DNA of 64,000 nucleotides from Mobula hypostoma (lineage: Eukaryota), in contig NC_086108.1 in the NCBI RefSeq assembly GCF_963921235.1, forward strand, positions 103,108,001 to 103,172,000, written 5' to 3'. The notes beneath the pieces were generated by a model. The model worked only from the letters and a program-made list of their open reading frames with translations. It was not told the origin of the DNA and made no database searches. Positions within the stretch are counted from its first letter, which is position 1, and each line of letters opens with the position of its first letter. This document shows positions 49,400 to 62,589 of this stretch, piece by piece. Both the position numbers and the translations under genes were made by a program.

Positions 49400-50832
49400 G
49401 TCATCGAAAAGTACAGCACAGAAACAGGCCCTTCGTCCATTTCAAAACCATTTAAACTGCCTACTCCCTTTGACCTGTACCAGGACCATAGCCCTCCATA
49501 CCCCTATCATCCATGTACCTATCCAAACTTCTCTTAAACATTGAAATCAAGCTCACATGCACTACTTGTGCTGGCAGTTTGCTTCACACTCTCTGAGTGA
49601 AGAAGTCTCCCCTCCTGTTCCCCTTATCTTTTCAACTTTCACCCTAATCCATGACCTGGCTGTAGTTTCATGCAATCTCGGTGGAAAAAGCCTGACTGTA
49701 TTTACCCTATCTGTACTCCTCATAATTTTGTATACCTCTATCAAATCTCCTCTCAACGTTCTACATTGTAAGGAATAAAGTCTTAACCTATACAATTTTT
49801 CCTTATAACTCAGGTCCTCTAGACCTGGCAACATCCTTGTAAATTTTCTCTGTACTCTTCCAAGCTTATTTACATCTTTCCTGTAGGTAGGTGACCAAAA
49901 CTGCACACAATACTCCAAATTAGGCCTCACCAATGTCTTATACAACTTCAACATAACATCCCATCTCCTGTACTCAGTGCATTGATTTATGAAGGCCAAT
50001 TGCCAAAAGCTTTATTTATGACCCTATCTATCTTTGATGCCACTTCCAATGAATTATGGACCTGCATTCCCAGATCCCTTTGTTCTACCACACTTCTCAG
50101 TGCCCTACCATTCACTGTGTAAGACCTACCATGGTTGGTCCCACCAAAGTGCAAAGAATATAAGAACATGAGAAATAGGAGCAGGAGTAGGCAATCTACC
50201 CATCGAGCCAGCTCTGCCATTCAATAAGATCATGGCTGATCTGGCCATGGACTCCCCTACTACTTCCCCTGCTATGCAAAAATCTATCCAACCTTGTCTT
50301 AAATATATTTACTGACGTAGCCTCCACTGCTTCATTGGGCAGAGAATTCCATTAACTCACCACCCTCTGGAAAAAGCAGTTCCTCCACATCTCTGTCCTA
50401 AATCTGCTCCTCTGAATCTTGAGACAAGTTCTAGTCTCACCTACCAGTGGAAACAACTTTCCTGCCTCTATCTTATTTATATTTTTCATAATTTTATATG
50501 TTTCTATAATAGAAGATATAAGATAAGATAGATCTCCTCTCATTCTTCTGAATTCCAGTGAAAACAGTCCCAGGCAACTCAATCTCTCTTCACAGTCTAA
50601 ACCCCTCACATTTGTCTGCATTAAATTCCATCTGCCATTTTTCCTGCTGATCTAGATCCCTCTGCCAGCCACAATAGCCTTCCTCACTGTCCACTACACC
50701 CTCAATCTTGGTGTCATCCGCATATTTACCAATGCAGTTAACCACATTATCATTCAGATTGTTGATTCCGATGAAAAACAATGGACCCAGCACTAGTCCC
50801 TGTGGCACTCCACTAGTCACCAACCTCTAGTC
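49400..50832 (-). mobile_element. Cluster of nested minus-strand CR1/HER1 fragments
   Basis: LYKTLVRPNLEYCVQFWSP, RRMRGDL, SGVPQGLVLGP...YADDTK; new 3' tail starts near 50156. Confidence 0.85.
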
Positions 50833-50869
50833 CATTCATTTATGTGTTAAATAAATGAATCAGAATTTT

Positions 50870-51402
50870 AAGCTCAGTCAGATTGGAGGATGACTAGGAG
50901 CATATTATTTGGAATCGTAAAGTGTTCCTGGACCTCATTGCCAACTGTCTCAAGGGAAAAGAAACAACACTTCACACACTCAAAAGCCGAAGGTCCAGCA
51001 TAAAATCCATGACCTCAGGAACAGATCGTGGTTGGAAGAGCACACTAGGTCCAACTACCTGCTGACAGACATGGCACCCACAAGTTCTTCATCCCAATCA
51101 AGGAACCATCTCACACCAACAGATAAGAAGGGAGGTGAACTTATAAGGGACAGACAGGCACTGCTGGAAATAACACATCAAAGATCTGCTGAAACATGAT
51201 TCTGAGCTTGATTTGAGTGCATTTGATCCATCCCACAAAAACTACAAGTACCTGTCTTGCTGCCAGCTCTGACTACTTTAAAAGGCCATACGACAGCTTA
51301 ATCTCTTGCGAGCAGAGTGCATTCCTGCTGAGGTTCTAAAACCTGGCATGAGGATCTTCTGTCAGAAATCCACAAACTCATTCACCACTGGAAGGAGGAG
51401 GA
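50870..51402 (+). mobile_element. RTE-type LINE fragment, left part
   Basis: AIRQL...IPAEVLK motif; overlaps in sequence with 55811-55910. Confidence 0.55.
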
Positions 51403-54400
51403 TTGAAGATTGGCTGACTGGCAGGAGACAGAGAATGGGAATAAAGGGGAGGTTTTTCTGGCTGGCTGCCGGTGACTAGTGATGTTCTGCAGGTGTCGGT
51501 TTGGAGTCACTTTTTTTCCACGTTATATTACGTCAATAATTCGGATAATAGAATTAATGACTCTGCAGCCAAGTTTAGGAATAATATGAAGATAGGTTGA
51601 GGGACAGGTGGTGTTGAAACAGGGAGCCTGCTGAAGGCCTTATTAGGAGAATGCGCAAAGAAGTGGCAGATGGAATATAGTGTAGGGAAGTATGTGATCA
51701 TGCACTTTGGTAGAAGGAATTAAGGCATATATTATTTTCTACACGGAGAAAATTCAAAAATCAGACGCACAAAGGGACTTGGGAGTCCTTGTGCAGGGTT
51801 CCCTAAAGGTTAGCCATAAGACCATAAGACACAGGAGCAGAATTAGGCGATTCAGCCCATCGAATCTGCTCCACCATTCCATCATGGCTGATCCCAGATC
51901 TCACTCAACCCCATACACCTGCCTTCCTGCCATATCCTTCGATGCCCTGACCGATCAGGAAACAATCAACATCTGCTTTAAATATACACAAGGACTTGGC
52001 CTCCACTGCAGACTGTGGTAGAGCATTCCACAGATTTACGACTCTCTGGCTAAAAAAATTCTTCTTTACCTCTGTTCTAAAGAGCTGCCCCTCAATTTTA
52101 AGGCCATGCCCTTAAATTCTGAATACCCCCCACCATACAAAATATCCTCTCCACTTCCATCCTACCACCCTAACCAGTCCTTTCAACATTTGGCAGCTTT
52201 CAATGAGAACCCTGCCCACATTCTTCTAAATTCCAGTAAATACAGGTCCAAAGCTGCCAAATGCTCCTCATACGTCAACCCCTTCATCTTCCCTGAATCA
52301 TCTTCGTGAGCTTCCTCTGGACTCTCTCCAATGACAACACATCCTTTCTGAGATATGGGGCCCAAAACTGTTGACAATACTCTAAGTGCAGCCTGACTAG
52401 TGTCCTACTAAAGGCTCAGCATTATCTCCTTGCTTTTATATTCTATTCCCATTGAATTAAATGTCAACATTGCATTTTCCTTCTTTACCACAGACTCAAC
52501 CTGTAAATTAACCTCTGGGAGTCTTATATGAGGACTCTTAAGTCTCTCTGTACCTCTGATGTTTGAACTTTCTTCCCATTTAGATAATAGCTCACACTAT
52601 GGTTCCTTTTACCAAAATGCATTATTATACATTTTCCAACACTATATTCCAACTGCCAGTTTTTTGCCCATTATTCCAATTTGTCTAAGTCCTGCTGCAA
52701 TCGCATTGCTTCCTCAGCATTACCTACCTCTTCACTTACCTTCGTATCATCCGCAAACTCTGCCACAAAACCATCAGTTCCATTATCCAAATCATTGTCA
52801 AACAATGTGAAAAGTAGCAGTCACAATACTGACCCCCGAGGAACACCACTAGTCACCGACAACCAACCAGAAAAGGCCCCTTTTATTCCCACTTGCTGCC
52901 TCCTGCCTGTCAGCCATACTGTTATCCATACCAGTATCTTTCCTGTAATACCATAGGATTTTAACTTGTTAAGCAGCCTCATGTGTGGCACCTTGTCAAA
53001 CACCTTCTGAAAATCCAAGTGAATGACATCCACTGCCTCTCCTTTCTCCACCTTGCTTATTACTTCCTCAAAGAACTCTAATAGATTTGTCAGGCAAGAT
53101 TTGCCTTTACAAAAACCATGCTGACTTTGATTAATCTTATCAGTAATCTCCAAGTACCTCAAAACCTCATTCTTAATAATAGACTCCAACACTTTTCCGA
53201 CCACTGAGGTTAGGCTAATTGGCCTATAATTTCCTTTATTTTACCTTCCTCCCTTCATAAAGAGTGGAGTGACATTTGCAATCTTCCAGTCCTCCGGGAC
53301 TATGTCAGAATCACGTGATTCTTAACAGATCATGACCAATGCATCCATTATCTCTTCAGCAACCTCTCTCAGGACTCTGGGATGTAGTTCATCTGGCCCA
53401 GGTGACTTATCCACATTAAGACCTTTGAGCTTCCCTAGCACTTTTTCCTTTGTAATAGCAATGGCACTCACTGCTGCTCCCTGACACTCACAGATCTCTG
53501 GCACACTGTTAATGTCTTCCAGAGTGAAGACTGATGCAAAGTACCCATTAAGTTCACCTGCTACTTCTTTGTCCCCCCCCCCCCCATTACCACCTCACCA
53601 GCATCATTTTTCAGTGGTCTAATATCAACTCTCAACTCCCTTTTACTCTTTATATAACTGTAAAAACTTTTAGTATCTTGCTTTATATTATTAATTAGTC
53701 TGCCCTCATATTTCACCTTTTCCCTTCGTATAGCTTTTTTAGTTGCCTTTTGTTGGATTTTAAAAGCTTCCCAATCATCCAACTTCCCACTCGCTTTTGC
53801 TATCTTATATGCCCTTTCTTTGGCTTTTATGCAGAATTAACTTGCTTTGTCAGCCACGATTGCCTAGCTCTGCCATTTGAGAACTACTTCTTCAGTGGGA
53901 CATATGTATCCTACACCTTGTGAATTATTCCCAGAAACTTCAGCCATCCATACTCTGCTCTCATCCCTGCCAGTATCCTTCTCCAATCCACCTGGGCAAC
54001 CTCCTCTCTCATGCCTCTGTAATTCCCTTCATTCCATTGTGATACCGATATTTGTGACTTATGCTTCTCCCTCTCAAATTGCAGTATGAATTCAATCATA
54101 TTATGATCACTGCCTCTTAAGGGTTCCTTTACGTTAAGCTTCTTAATAAGAACTGGGTTATGACACAACACCCAATCTAAAACAGCCTCTCCCCAAACAG
54201 GGTCAAGCACAAGCTGCTCTAAAAAGCCATCTCACAGGAATTCAACAAATTTGCTCTCTTGAGATCCAACACCAACCTGATTTTCCCAACCTCCTTGCAT
54301 ATTGAAGGCCCCCATTACAATTGTATTGTTACCCTTATCACATGCCTTTTCTAGCTCCCTTTGCAATCTTAACCCCACATCTTCGCTATTATTTGAAGGC

Positions 54401-55810
54401 CTGTATATGATTTCCATAATGTTTTTTTACCCTTGCAATTTCTTAGCTCCATTCACAAAGATTCAACATTCTTTGACCCAATATCACCTCTTTCTAAAGT
54501 TGTAATTTCATCTCTTACCAACAGAGCCACACCACCGCCTACGCTTTTCTGCCTGTCCTTTTGATACAAAGTATGTCCTTTTAATGTTAAGCTCCCATCT
54601 ATGACCTTCTTTCATCCACGACTAAGTGTTGCCCACAATCTCTAATCACACCACACCAACCAATCTCTAATTGTGCCACGAGTTCGTCCACCTTATTCCG
54701 AATGCTACGTGCATTTAAATATTTCACTTTCAGTCCTGCATTCTTCGCTCTTTTGAATTTTGCCTCTGTGGTACAATTTAACTCATTGCTCTGACCGCAT
54801 TTGTACCCAATCATTGGCTTGTCCTTCCTTTCGTTCATGTTACACCCATCATCTACCTGTAAACCTGCTGGCTCATTCTCAGCTCTATCATATTGGTTCC
54901 CATCCCCTTGCCATATTAGTTTAAACCACTCCCAGCAGCTTTCTAGTAAATCTACCCACAAGAATATTGGTCCCCCTAGGATTCAAGTGCAACCCATCCC
55001 TTTTGTACAGGTCATACCTGTCCCAGAAGTCCCAATGATCCAGAAATCTGAATCCCTGCCCCTTGCTCCAATTCTTCAGCCACATGTTTATCCACCACCT
55101 CATTCTATTCCTATCCTCACTGTCGCGTGGCACAGACAGCAATCCTGAGATTACTACACTTGTGGTCCTGCTTCTCAGCTTCATTCCTAACTCCCAATAT
55201 TCTTTTTTCAGGATCTCCTCCCTTTTTCTTCCTATGTCATTGGTACCAATATGTACCGTGACTTCTGGCTGCTCATCCTTCCCTTTCCTTCCTGGACATG
55301 CCCAGAAACATCTCGGACCCTGACACAAACTACCATCTGTGTTTTCTTTTCACGTCCACAGAATTGCCTATCTGTCCCCCTGACTACAGTTGCAAGTTGA
55401 GTCAGTGGTAAGACAGCCAATTGCAATGATAGCATTTATTTTAAGAGGACTAGAATATAAAAGCAAAGATTTAATGCTGAGGCTTTATAAGGCACTGGTC
55501 AGACTGCATTTGAAGTATTGTGAGCAGTTTAGGGCCTCTTATCTAAGAAAAGCTGGGCTGGTCCAGAGGAGGCTCACAAGAATGATCCTGGGAATGAAAG
55601 GGTTGATGGATGAAAAGTGTTTAGTGGCTCCATACTTGTTGGGGTTTAGAAGTATGAGGGGGGAATTTTATTGAAACCTATCGAATATTGAAAGGCCGAG
55701 ATAGAGTGGACGTAAACAGAATGTTTCCAATAGTGGGGAAGTCTGGGACCAGAGGGCACAGCCTCAGAATAGGACATACATTTAGAATGGAGATGCTCTT
55801 ATGTCTTACG
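51403..55810 (+). mobile_element. CR1 ORF2 fragment (51403-51814 and 55390-55810) split by an antisense CR1
   Basis: ...QRDLGVLVQGSLKVS stops at 51814 and resumes LQVESVVR...LYKALVRLHLKYCEQF at 55390. Confidence 0.85.
51815..55389 (-). mobile_element. Long CR1/HER1 LINE with ORF1 esterase remnant and ORF2 (APE + RT)
   Basis: ORF1 SGNH-esterase motifs VHIGTNDIG and DGLHLN; ORF2 YLNARSIRNKVDEL, SDHNMI, CLTNLLEFFE, LDFQKVFDKVPH; tail (CTTATGG)n at 51815. Confidence 0.95.
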
Positions 55811-56145
55811 GACAACTTAAAGTATTGAGAGCAGACTGAAGTTCTAAAACATGGCATGAAGACATTATGTCACATATCCATAAACTTACTCCCAACTGGA
55901 AGAAGGAGCATATGCTAAGGAAGCTCAGAGGTGTCATCATAATCATGAATATCTTTCAAAATAGAGTAAAATTCAAGTGCAGTGCTGTACTGTGGTCTAC
56001 CGCAGGGAAAATCACTGCCAGAGTGCTCTTCAACCACCTCAACCTAAAGGCTGAAGAATATCTAGAATCACCACATGGATTTAGTCCGTTTGGCAGCTCA
56101 GCGGACATGATATTCACTGTACAGCAACTGCAAAAGTAAAGCAGG
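55811..56145 (+). mobile_element. RTE-type LINE RT fragment, right part
   Basis: STAGKITARVLFNHL...AEEYLESPHGF...DMIFTVQQLQK. Confidence 0.8.
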
Positions 56146-56434
56146 GAGCTGCAGCGTTCAGCACACCAACATAATCTCTCCAAAAACCCTCCCAATCCAC
56201 TGGCAGAAGAAACGAATCAACATCAGAATCCTTAATTACATTGTACTGCATTGACCTCCCTCCCTGCACGCCAGACAAGCCTCACCAGTACAGGCACATA
56301 TTTAGTCCGTCTGGAAAAAATTAAAATAGAGCCTTGAACAGACTCATGAGTACGTGAATCCACAGATAAAAAGTCAGCAGATAATAAGGAAACTTCACTA
56401 CAGACTTGGAGTATTATGAGCAATTTTGGTCCTA

Positions 56435-56746
56435 CGAAGAGGGAGTCTATGACCAGCGGACACAGCCTCAGAATAGAGGGACATACACTTAGAATGGAGA
56501 TGAGCAGGGATTTCTTTAGCCAGAGACTTGTGAATCTGTGGAATTTGTTGCCACAGGCACTTGTATTGGCCAAGTCTTTGGGTATATTTAAGGTTGACCG
56601 ACTCTTGATTAGTTAAGTCATGAAGGGATACAGGGAAGGCAGGAGATTGAAGCTGAGAGGGAAAATGGATCAGTCATGTTGAAATGGCAGATCGGACTCA
56701 ATGGGCCAAATGGCCTAATTCTGCTCCTATATCTTATGGTCTTATG
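56435..56746 (+). mobile_element. CR1/HER1 LINE 3' fragment
   Basis: GHSLRIEG...FFSQRLVNLWNLLPQ plus ATCTTATGGTCTTATGG tail. Confidence 0.8.
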
Positions 56747-57174
56747 GCCGGTTCCAAGAAGGGAGAAGGGTTAGCAACCCCATCTGATAAAAACCCAAAG
56801 CTACTGAATTGCCAGCAGAAGCTCCAAAGACCTCATCCCTAGGAGAGGAAGGATCTTCATCTAGAAGGTGCATGAAGTCATGTGGTGAAAGCGGACACCA
56901 CGGGCTCAGGACTAAGGATTCTGGCAAGCTGCTGTCAATGGCCTATGCCCCAGAAGGGGAGATGGGCATAAGAAGATGATAATGAGGAAAACAGAGCAAC
57001 TGAATACTTGACATTTAACATTAATGCTTATTCTTTCTGACCTACATAAGCCACTACCAACATTAGCATGAATTCTTCAAGTTTCAGTAGATCATCCAAC
57101 AAATACAGTGTCAGTAGTTAGCTCTAAGATTATTAAATTGTTCGGACTCAGACCTCATAATGGCACATTTGGTA

Positions 57175-57715
57175 AGCATAAGACATAAGAGCAGAGTTAG
57201 GACATTTGGCCCATCAGGTCTACTCCACCATTTCAACCATGGCTGATTTTTTATCCCTCTCAACCCCATTTTCCTGCCTTCTCCTCATAACCTTTGACAC
57301 CCTTATGAATCAAGAAACTATCAACCTCCACAGATTCACCTCCCTCTGGATAAAAAAATTCCTTGTCATCTCAATTCTAAAGGGATGTCCTTGTATACTG
57401 AGGCTGTGCCCTCCAGTTCTAGACTTCCTCACTATAGGAAACACTCTCTCCACATCCACTCTATCTAGGCCTTTTAATATTCGATAAGTTTCAATGAGAT
57501 CCTGCCTCATTCTTCAAAACTCCAGCGAGTACAGGCTCAGAGCCAACAAACTCTCCTCATATGTTAACCCTTTTATTTCTGGGATCATTTTTATGAATCT
57601 CCTCTGGATCATCTCCAATGCCAGCATATACTTTCTTAAATAAGGACCCCAAAACTGCTCACAATACTCCAAGTGGAGTCTGAATAATGACTTATGAAGC
57701 TTCAGCAGATCTCTG
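57175..57715 (-). mobile_element. CR1/HER1 LINE 3' fragment
   Basis: RLHLEYCEQFWGPYLRK, DLIETYRILKGLDRVD. Confidence 0.85.
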
Positions 57716-58269
57716 CTCAAATAAATTAGAGGTTACATCAGCTGGCTTCTTTTCATAATTCCAGAAGTTATATCTTTGATACTGGTCAGCTCTGCTACAT
57801 ACAGTTTGTAGATTAATGACATCTCCAAATCCCCATGTTACACAACACAATCACAGCAGGACTGCTATATTCCATAGCTGTGCAATCCATTACTATTTCC
57901 ACTCTTCATTTCAGTTATCAGATGATCCAGGCTAGACTAGTGAATTTTAAGCAAGTGACATTTTACAGCAGGTTAAGTCACTGGAAGCTCAAAGAACCTC
58001 AGTTTCTGTCACACAAGATGTCTCAAATTTTTAATCATCCATTTTCTGGGCATAGAAATATTTCTTTCTGAGGTGAGACTAAGTCAAAGGCCTGAGAAAA
58101 CATGGAGTCAACACTTTCAAGTAATGGACTTAACACACACTTTACATTAACCTAATTTAATCTCACAAAATCTATATCCACCCTCACTTCAGTGCCATCT
58201 GAGAGAAAGATTTGCTTTGAGACAGTACTTCATCACCTTTCAGAGAAATATATCAAATAGGATACATCT

Positions 58270-58890
58270 CCAGGAGGAGAAGATTGCGACGCACCTGCGT
58301 GTGCACAGCCCTCCGGTGAAAAATGATATCGTATCTGTTAAATAAGGGCCGTGGACAATTCTGATTTGATGGAGAATGGACATGAAAGCACAGAGGAACA
58401 TCTGGAGAAATTTCTGAAACATCCCTTTGCTGCTATTGTTACTGTGTGGTCAGGAATCTTTCAAAGGGTAGGCCTCAAAATTCCCGGCCGTGCTTGCTCT
58501 TGGCGACTGAGAAGGAGGTTGAATCGTTCGGACAGAGATGGCGCTCAGTACTCGGTGTCCATGAGCTGATCAGAGCTCGAAGTTTTCGGATGACTCAGAG
58601 TCAGATTGTGGTCGGCATGGCAGGGAGAGTTTTTCTTCCTTCTCCCGTCTGTGTGAGATGTGGGACATTTGAGAAACTTTGAACTTTACTGAGCTCATGG
58701 ACTTCTTCATCAAGTTATGGTATTGTTACACTGTTTGTAACTATATGTTATAATTATGTGGTTTTGTCAGTTTTTTCAGTCTTGGTTTGTCCTGTGTTTT
58801 GTAATATCACACCGGAGGAAATAATGTATCATTTCTTAATACATGCATTACTAAATGACAATAAAAGAGGACTGCGTGTCTTCATAATCA
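58270..58890 (+). mobile_element. Non-autonomous retroposed element, probable Rex/Babar-type tail
   Basis: CpG-retaining head GGAGAAGATTGCGACGC; tail TAAATGACAATAAAAGAGGACTGCGTGTC. Confidence 0.45.
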
Positions 58891-59360
58891 TCATCATAGT
58901 AGTAGCAGTAATGTGATCACTTGAGTCAAAGACAATGCTCTCTAAGGGCTGTCTATTGGATCGTCAGGTGGCTGTCGAGGCTGATCCGAGACCAACATAA
59001 TAATCCAGGATGTCAGGATGGATTCTCTTCATGGAGAATGCCTATCCGTGATTTTTTCTATAGTGGCACAGAAAACCACAACACAGTCCTTGACAGATCG
59101 GGGTCAGGGTACAGTGACATGGATTGCAAGATGACTGAGGACTCTACACTGCTACAGCCTTCCTCTGCCCTCATTGTCATTGTGGTGTGTCATCACCTTC
59201 CACCAGCTCCACTGTTGAGATCTTGGTTGGTTGCCCTTTGTCTGGAACATCCCCCTTGACCTTACCGCCATGGGTGACCTATCAGAAGCTGAGCTCCAGA
59301 TAGCATCACTCTTAGGATCTCACAAGCCTCACTGCCACAACAGGATAACAATCCTCAGAT
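58890..59360 (-). mobile_element. Non-autonomous RTE-related element
   Basis: CCGCCATGGGTGACC...GCTCCAGATAGCATC...CACAAGCCTC block shared with 2140-2235; trinucleotide tail near 58890. Confidence 0.5.
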
Positions 59361-59819
59361 ATATCAAAGCAACATCATAGATGATAAAATGCCATCAAGT
59401 GTAACTTCATGGAAGCCACCTGCTCTCCACAATCTCCATTCTCAGCCTGTTCTGGCCTCATCTCAGGGATTCTCTGGAACAAGGTTCCACTCAGTGTGAC
59501 TTGTCTGGTTCTTCCACAGGACTCATCATCAGCAAGTTCTGGGGTCAATACTGACGATCGAAGCCTGAAAATAAAATGAGTGGTTGAAGGGAAGCAGCTG
59601 TCCTTGAAACTGGTGGCATGGAACTACAGGCTTCAGTACCTACTGCCCAGTAGTAACTGGGAGAAGATGGCATGGTCCAGATGATGGGGATTCTTGTTTA
59701 AGTTCGTTCAAGTTTATTGTCATTCAGCTGTACAAAACCACCGAACGAAACATTCCTCAGGACTAAAAGGACACTACACAGTACACATAACCAACACACA
59801 ACACATAAAGTCATTTGAT

Positions 59820-60335
59820 GAATACATCTCACGATGCTCTGAACACATCATTAGTGATGTAACCTGGGGTAATTGGGTCTTTCAACATCAGACACCCCCA
59901 CCCAGGCGACCCATCGTGGTTCAGCAATCCACGACTTGTGCTCACGTAGCATGTGCTGCAGATCCTCATGGACTTGCTCTCTTCATCCACAGCAATGTTG
60001 AGACTTTCTTTGCGATACCCAATGTACTGAGGGCTCTGTGAAGAGACTGTCCAGTGAAGCCACAGCAGCCCACTTTACTGAGCATGCATTTTGCCTTCCA
60101 GCCTGCCTCCAACAATCGCTGACCATCTCCTCGTTATCTGGCAAGTTTCCTCTCAAGGGCCTCCTCCAGACACTTCTCTCACGGCACTGACAGCTCCAGC
60201 AGGATGATGTATTCTGCTGCCTCTGAGACCAGGAGGATTACCACAAATATAATGAAGGATGCTGCCTTTTTGAATCACCGTGAATCTGTTTTTGCCAGTG
60301 TTGGGATAATGTCACGATGACCCGATGCCCTTCTT
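59820..60335 (-). mobile_element. Relic of a restriction-like endonuclease (RLE) LINE, HERO/NeSL-type
   Basis: Manual minus-strand translation of 60238-60011: ILLVSEAAEYIILLELSVP*EKCLEEALERKLAR*...AGWKAKCMLSKVGCCGFTGQSLHRALSTLGI. Confidence 0.75.
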
Positions 60336-60464
60336 CTAGTCAACCGCAAGAAATTGGCATTGTTGTTAACAGCGAGGAGGACAGTCTAGGTGATAAGTGA
60401 AACATATTGTGGGGGGGATAAAGTAAGAAGCTTGGAGTTGATAGGTGGATGAGGTAAAGAGTTG

Positions 60465-60880
60465 TAGGCCATGCTCTCTTCTCATTGCTACCTTTTGGAA
60501 GAAGGTGCAGGAGCCTCATCTCACACCACCAGGTGCAGGAACAGTTACTACCCCTCAACCATAAGGCTCTTGAACCAGAAGGGATAGCTTCACTCAATCC
60601 CAACACTGAACTGATTTTACAATCTATGGACTTACTTTCAAGGACTCCTCATGTTCTCAATAGTTATTATTTATTTTTTTTCCCCCTTTTGCATTTGTGC
60701 AGTTTGTTGTCTTTCGCACACTGGTTGGATGTCCGTTCTATTGGGTGTGGACTTTCATCGATTCTATTATGGTTCTTGGATTTACTGAGTATGAAAACAA
60801 AAAAAAACGAACAGCTTTTGTTTTTACAGTATATGATGACATACATGTACACTGATAAGAAATTTACTTTGAATTTTGAA
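60465..60880 (+). mobile_element. Rex/Babar-like LINE 3' tail
   Basis: HALFSLLPFGRRCRSL motif and tail AAATTTACTTTGAA; same family as ~34445-34870. Confidence 0.7.
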
Positions 60881-61250
60881 TCACAGTCTCCCAGGATGGA
60901 TATCAAGGCTTCACATTAAAAGGCTCCTGATCCTGAGAAAGGTAGGAACAGCTATGAGGCAGTAACACACTCGGGGCTCTTTCAGTGGCAATTTGGTAGA
61001 GAAAATGGAGGGTACAGATGTAAGGACATAAGATTCAGGGGAATTTTAAGCCCCAGCTGGTAATCAAGACCTATTTTCTTATTCCATTTATAGACTTTGT
61101 ATTTTTAAAAGAAGCAATGTTTTGAACCCATCGTCATAAACATTTAATATAAGTGTAAGCCTGACACGTGAAACAGAATCCTTTTAAAGAACAGATGATC
61201 CCTGGAGTTAAATCAACTACTATAACCTTTATAAAAAGTATTAATTGTAC

Positions 61251-61326
61251 CTGATGAATTATCTGTGCCACCGCAAGCTGGTCTACATATTTCAGTGCTT
61301 CAGCAGGCTGACTCTCCAGGTTAGGG
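61251..61326 (-). CDS. Candidate internal coding exon of an unidentified host gene (peptide PNLESQPAEALKYVDQLAVAQIIHQ)
   Basis: Branch-like CTGAT ~33 nt upstream; acceptor TTCTTTCTGTTTATTTTTAG; donor CAG|GTACAA; only one of three frames open; lies in non-repetitive sequence. Confidence 0.55.
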
Positions 61327-61584
61327 CTAAAAATAAACAGAAAGAACATAATTGTACATCAGTACGCTGCAACACATCCATAGTTGAAACAAAGTCTTAG
61401 ATCGTTCTTCACATCCAAGTCTGCTGCTCATCCCCAGTAGATTTAAGGGAAAATACAAAATGTCTTTTCTTTGGAAATACCTTGTGACTGATACTATGCA
61501 AGTTTTCTTTTCCCCCGTGGGCAGAAATGTCAAATAGTAGATGGAATGATTTAAGGTGAGAGGGAAAGGCTTAAACAAGATTTA

Positions 61585-62180
61585 AGAACATACAATATTA
61601 CTGCACAAGCTCTTCAGGGCACAATATTATGCCGACCTTTTAACCCTTCCATCCTACATTGCCCTCCATTTTTTTTTTACCATGTGCGCAAAGTGTTTTC
61701 TAAATATCCTTAATGTATTTGCCTTTACCACTATCCCTGGCCGGGCAGTCCACATACCACCACTCTCCTCTGACATCGCCCCCATACTTCCTTCCAATCA
61801 CCTTAAATTTATGCCCTTTGTATTGGCCATTTCTACCCTGGGAAAAGGTCTCTGGCTGTCCACCAGATCTACGTCTCTTATCATCTTGTACACCTCTATC
61901 AAGTCACCTCTCATCCTCCTTCGTTCCAAAAAGAAAAGCCCTAGCTTTTTAAATTTATCTTCATAAGACATGCTCTCCAATCCAGGCAGCATCTTGTTAA
62001 ATCTCCTCTGCACCTTCACTAAAGCTTACACATTTCCTATAACAAGAAGACCAGAACTGAGCACAATATTCCAAGTGTGGTCTAACCAGGGTTTTATAGG
62101 GCTGCAGTATTTTCTCATGTCTCTTGGACTCAATTCACCCAACTAATGGAGGCCAACACACAATATGCCTTCTTAACAGC
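61585..62180 (-). mobile_element. CR1/HER1 LINE 3' fragment
   Basis: VQRRFNKMLPGLE...RRRMRGDLIEVYKMI. Confidence 0.85.
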
Positions 62181-62589
62181 ACTCTTTTCCAAGGCACGTT
62201 TTTATTTTACACAGAGTGGTAGCCCTCTCCAACATGCAGGCTGGGGAAGCATTGGAAGCAGATACAATAGCAACATTTAAGTATTTAGATATGTAAATGA
62301 ACAGGCAGGGAATGGAGGGATAGAGACCACGTGCAGGCAGATGATCGTAGATGAAGGTGAATCAGGGTTGACACGAACATCATGTGCTGAAGGGCCTGTT
62401 CTTGTACTGTTCCCTTCTATGAGACACGATGACACCAGAGAGAGTAAAATATCATTCTGATGCACTGTGGTGGGTAGGGGGTGAGAAAGAAGGCACCCAT
62501 AAGGGTCTTTTTCAGTCATGGAGAAACTTCTAGTTTGCATCCAGGGTTGCCCAGTGAGACGTATGGAGGGAACTTTCTTCTGCATTGAA

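Noticed and set aside
54921..55328. Stand-alone SGNH hydrolase gene
   Set aside because: Sits directly upstream of CR1 ORF2 in the same orientation; it is a disrupted LINE ORF1.
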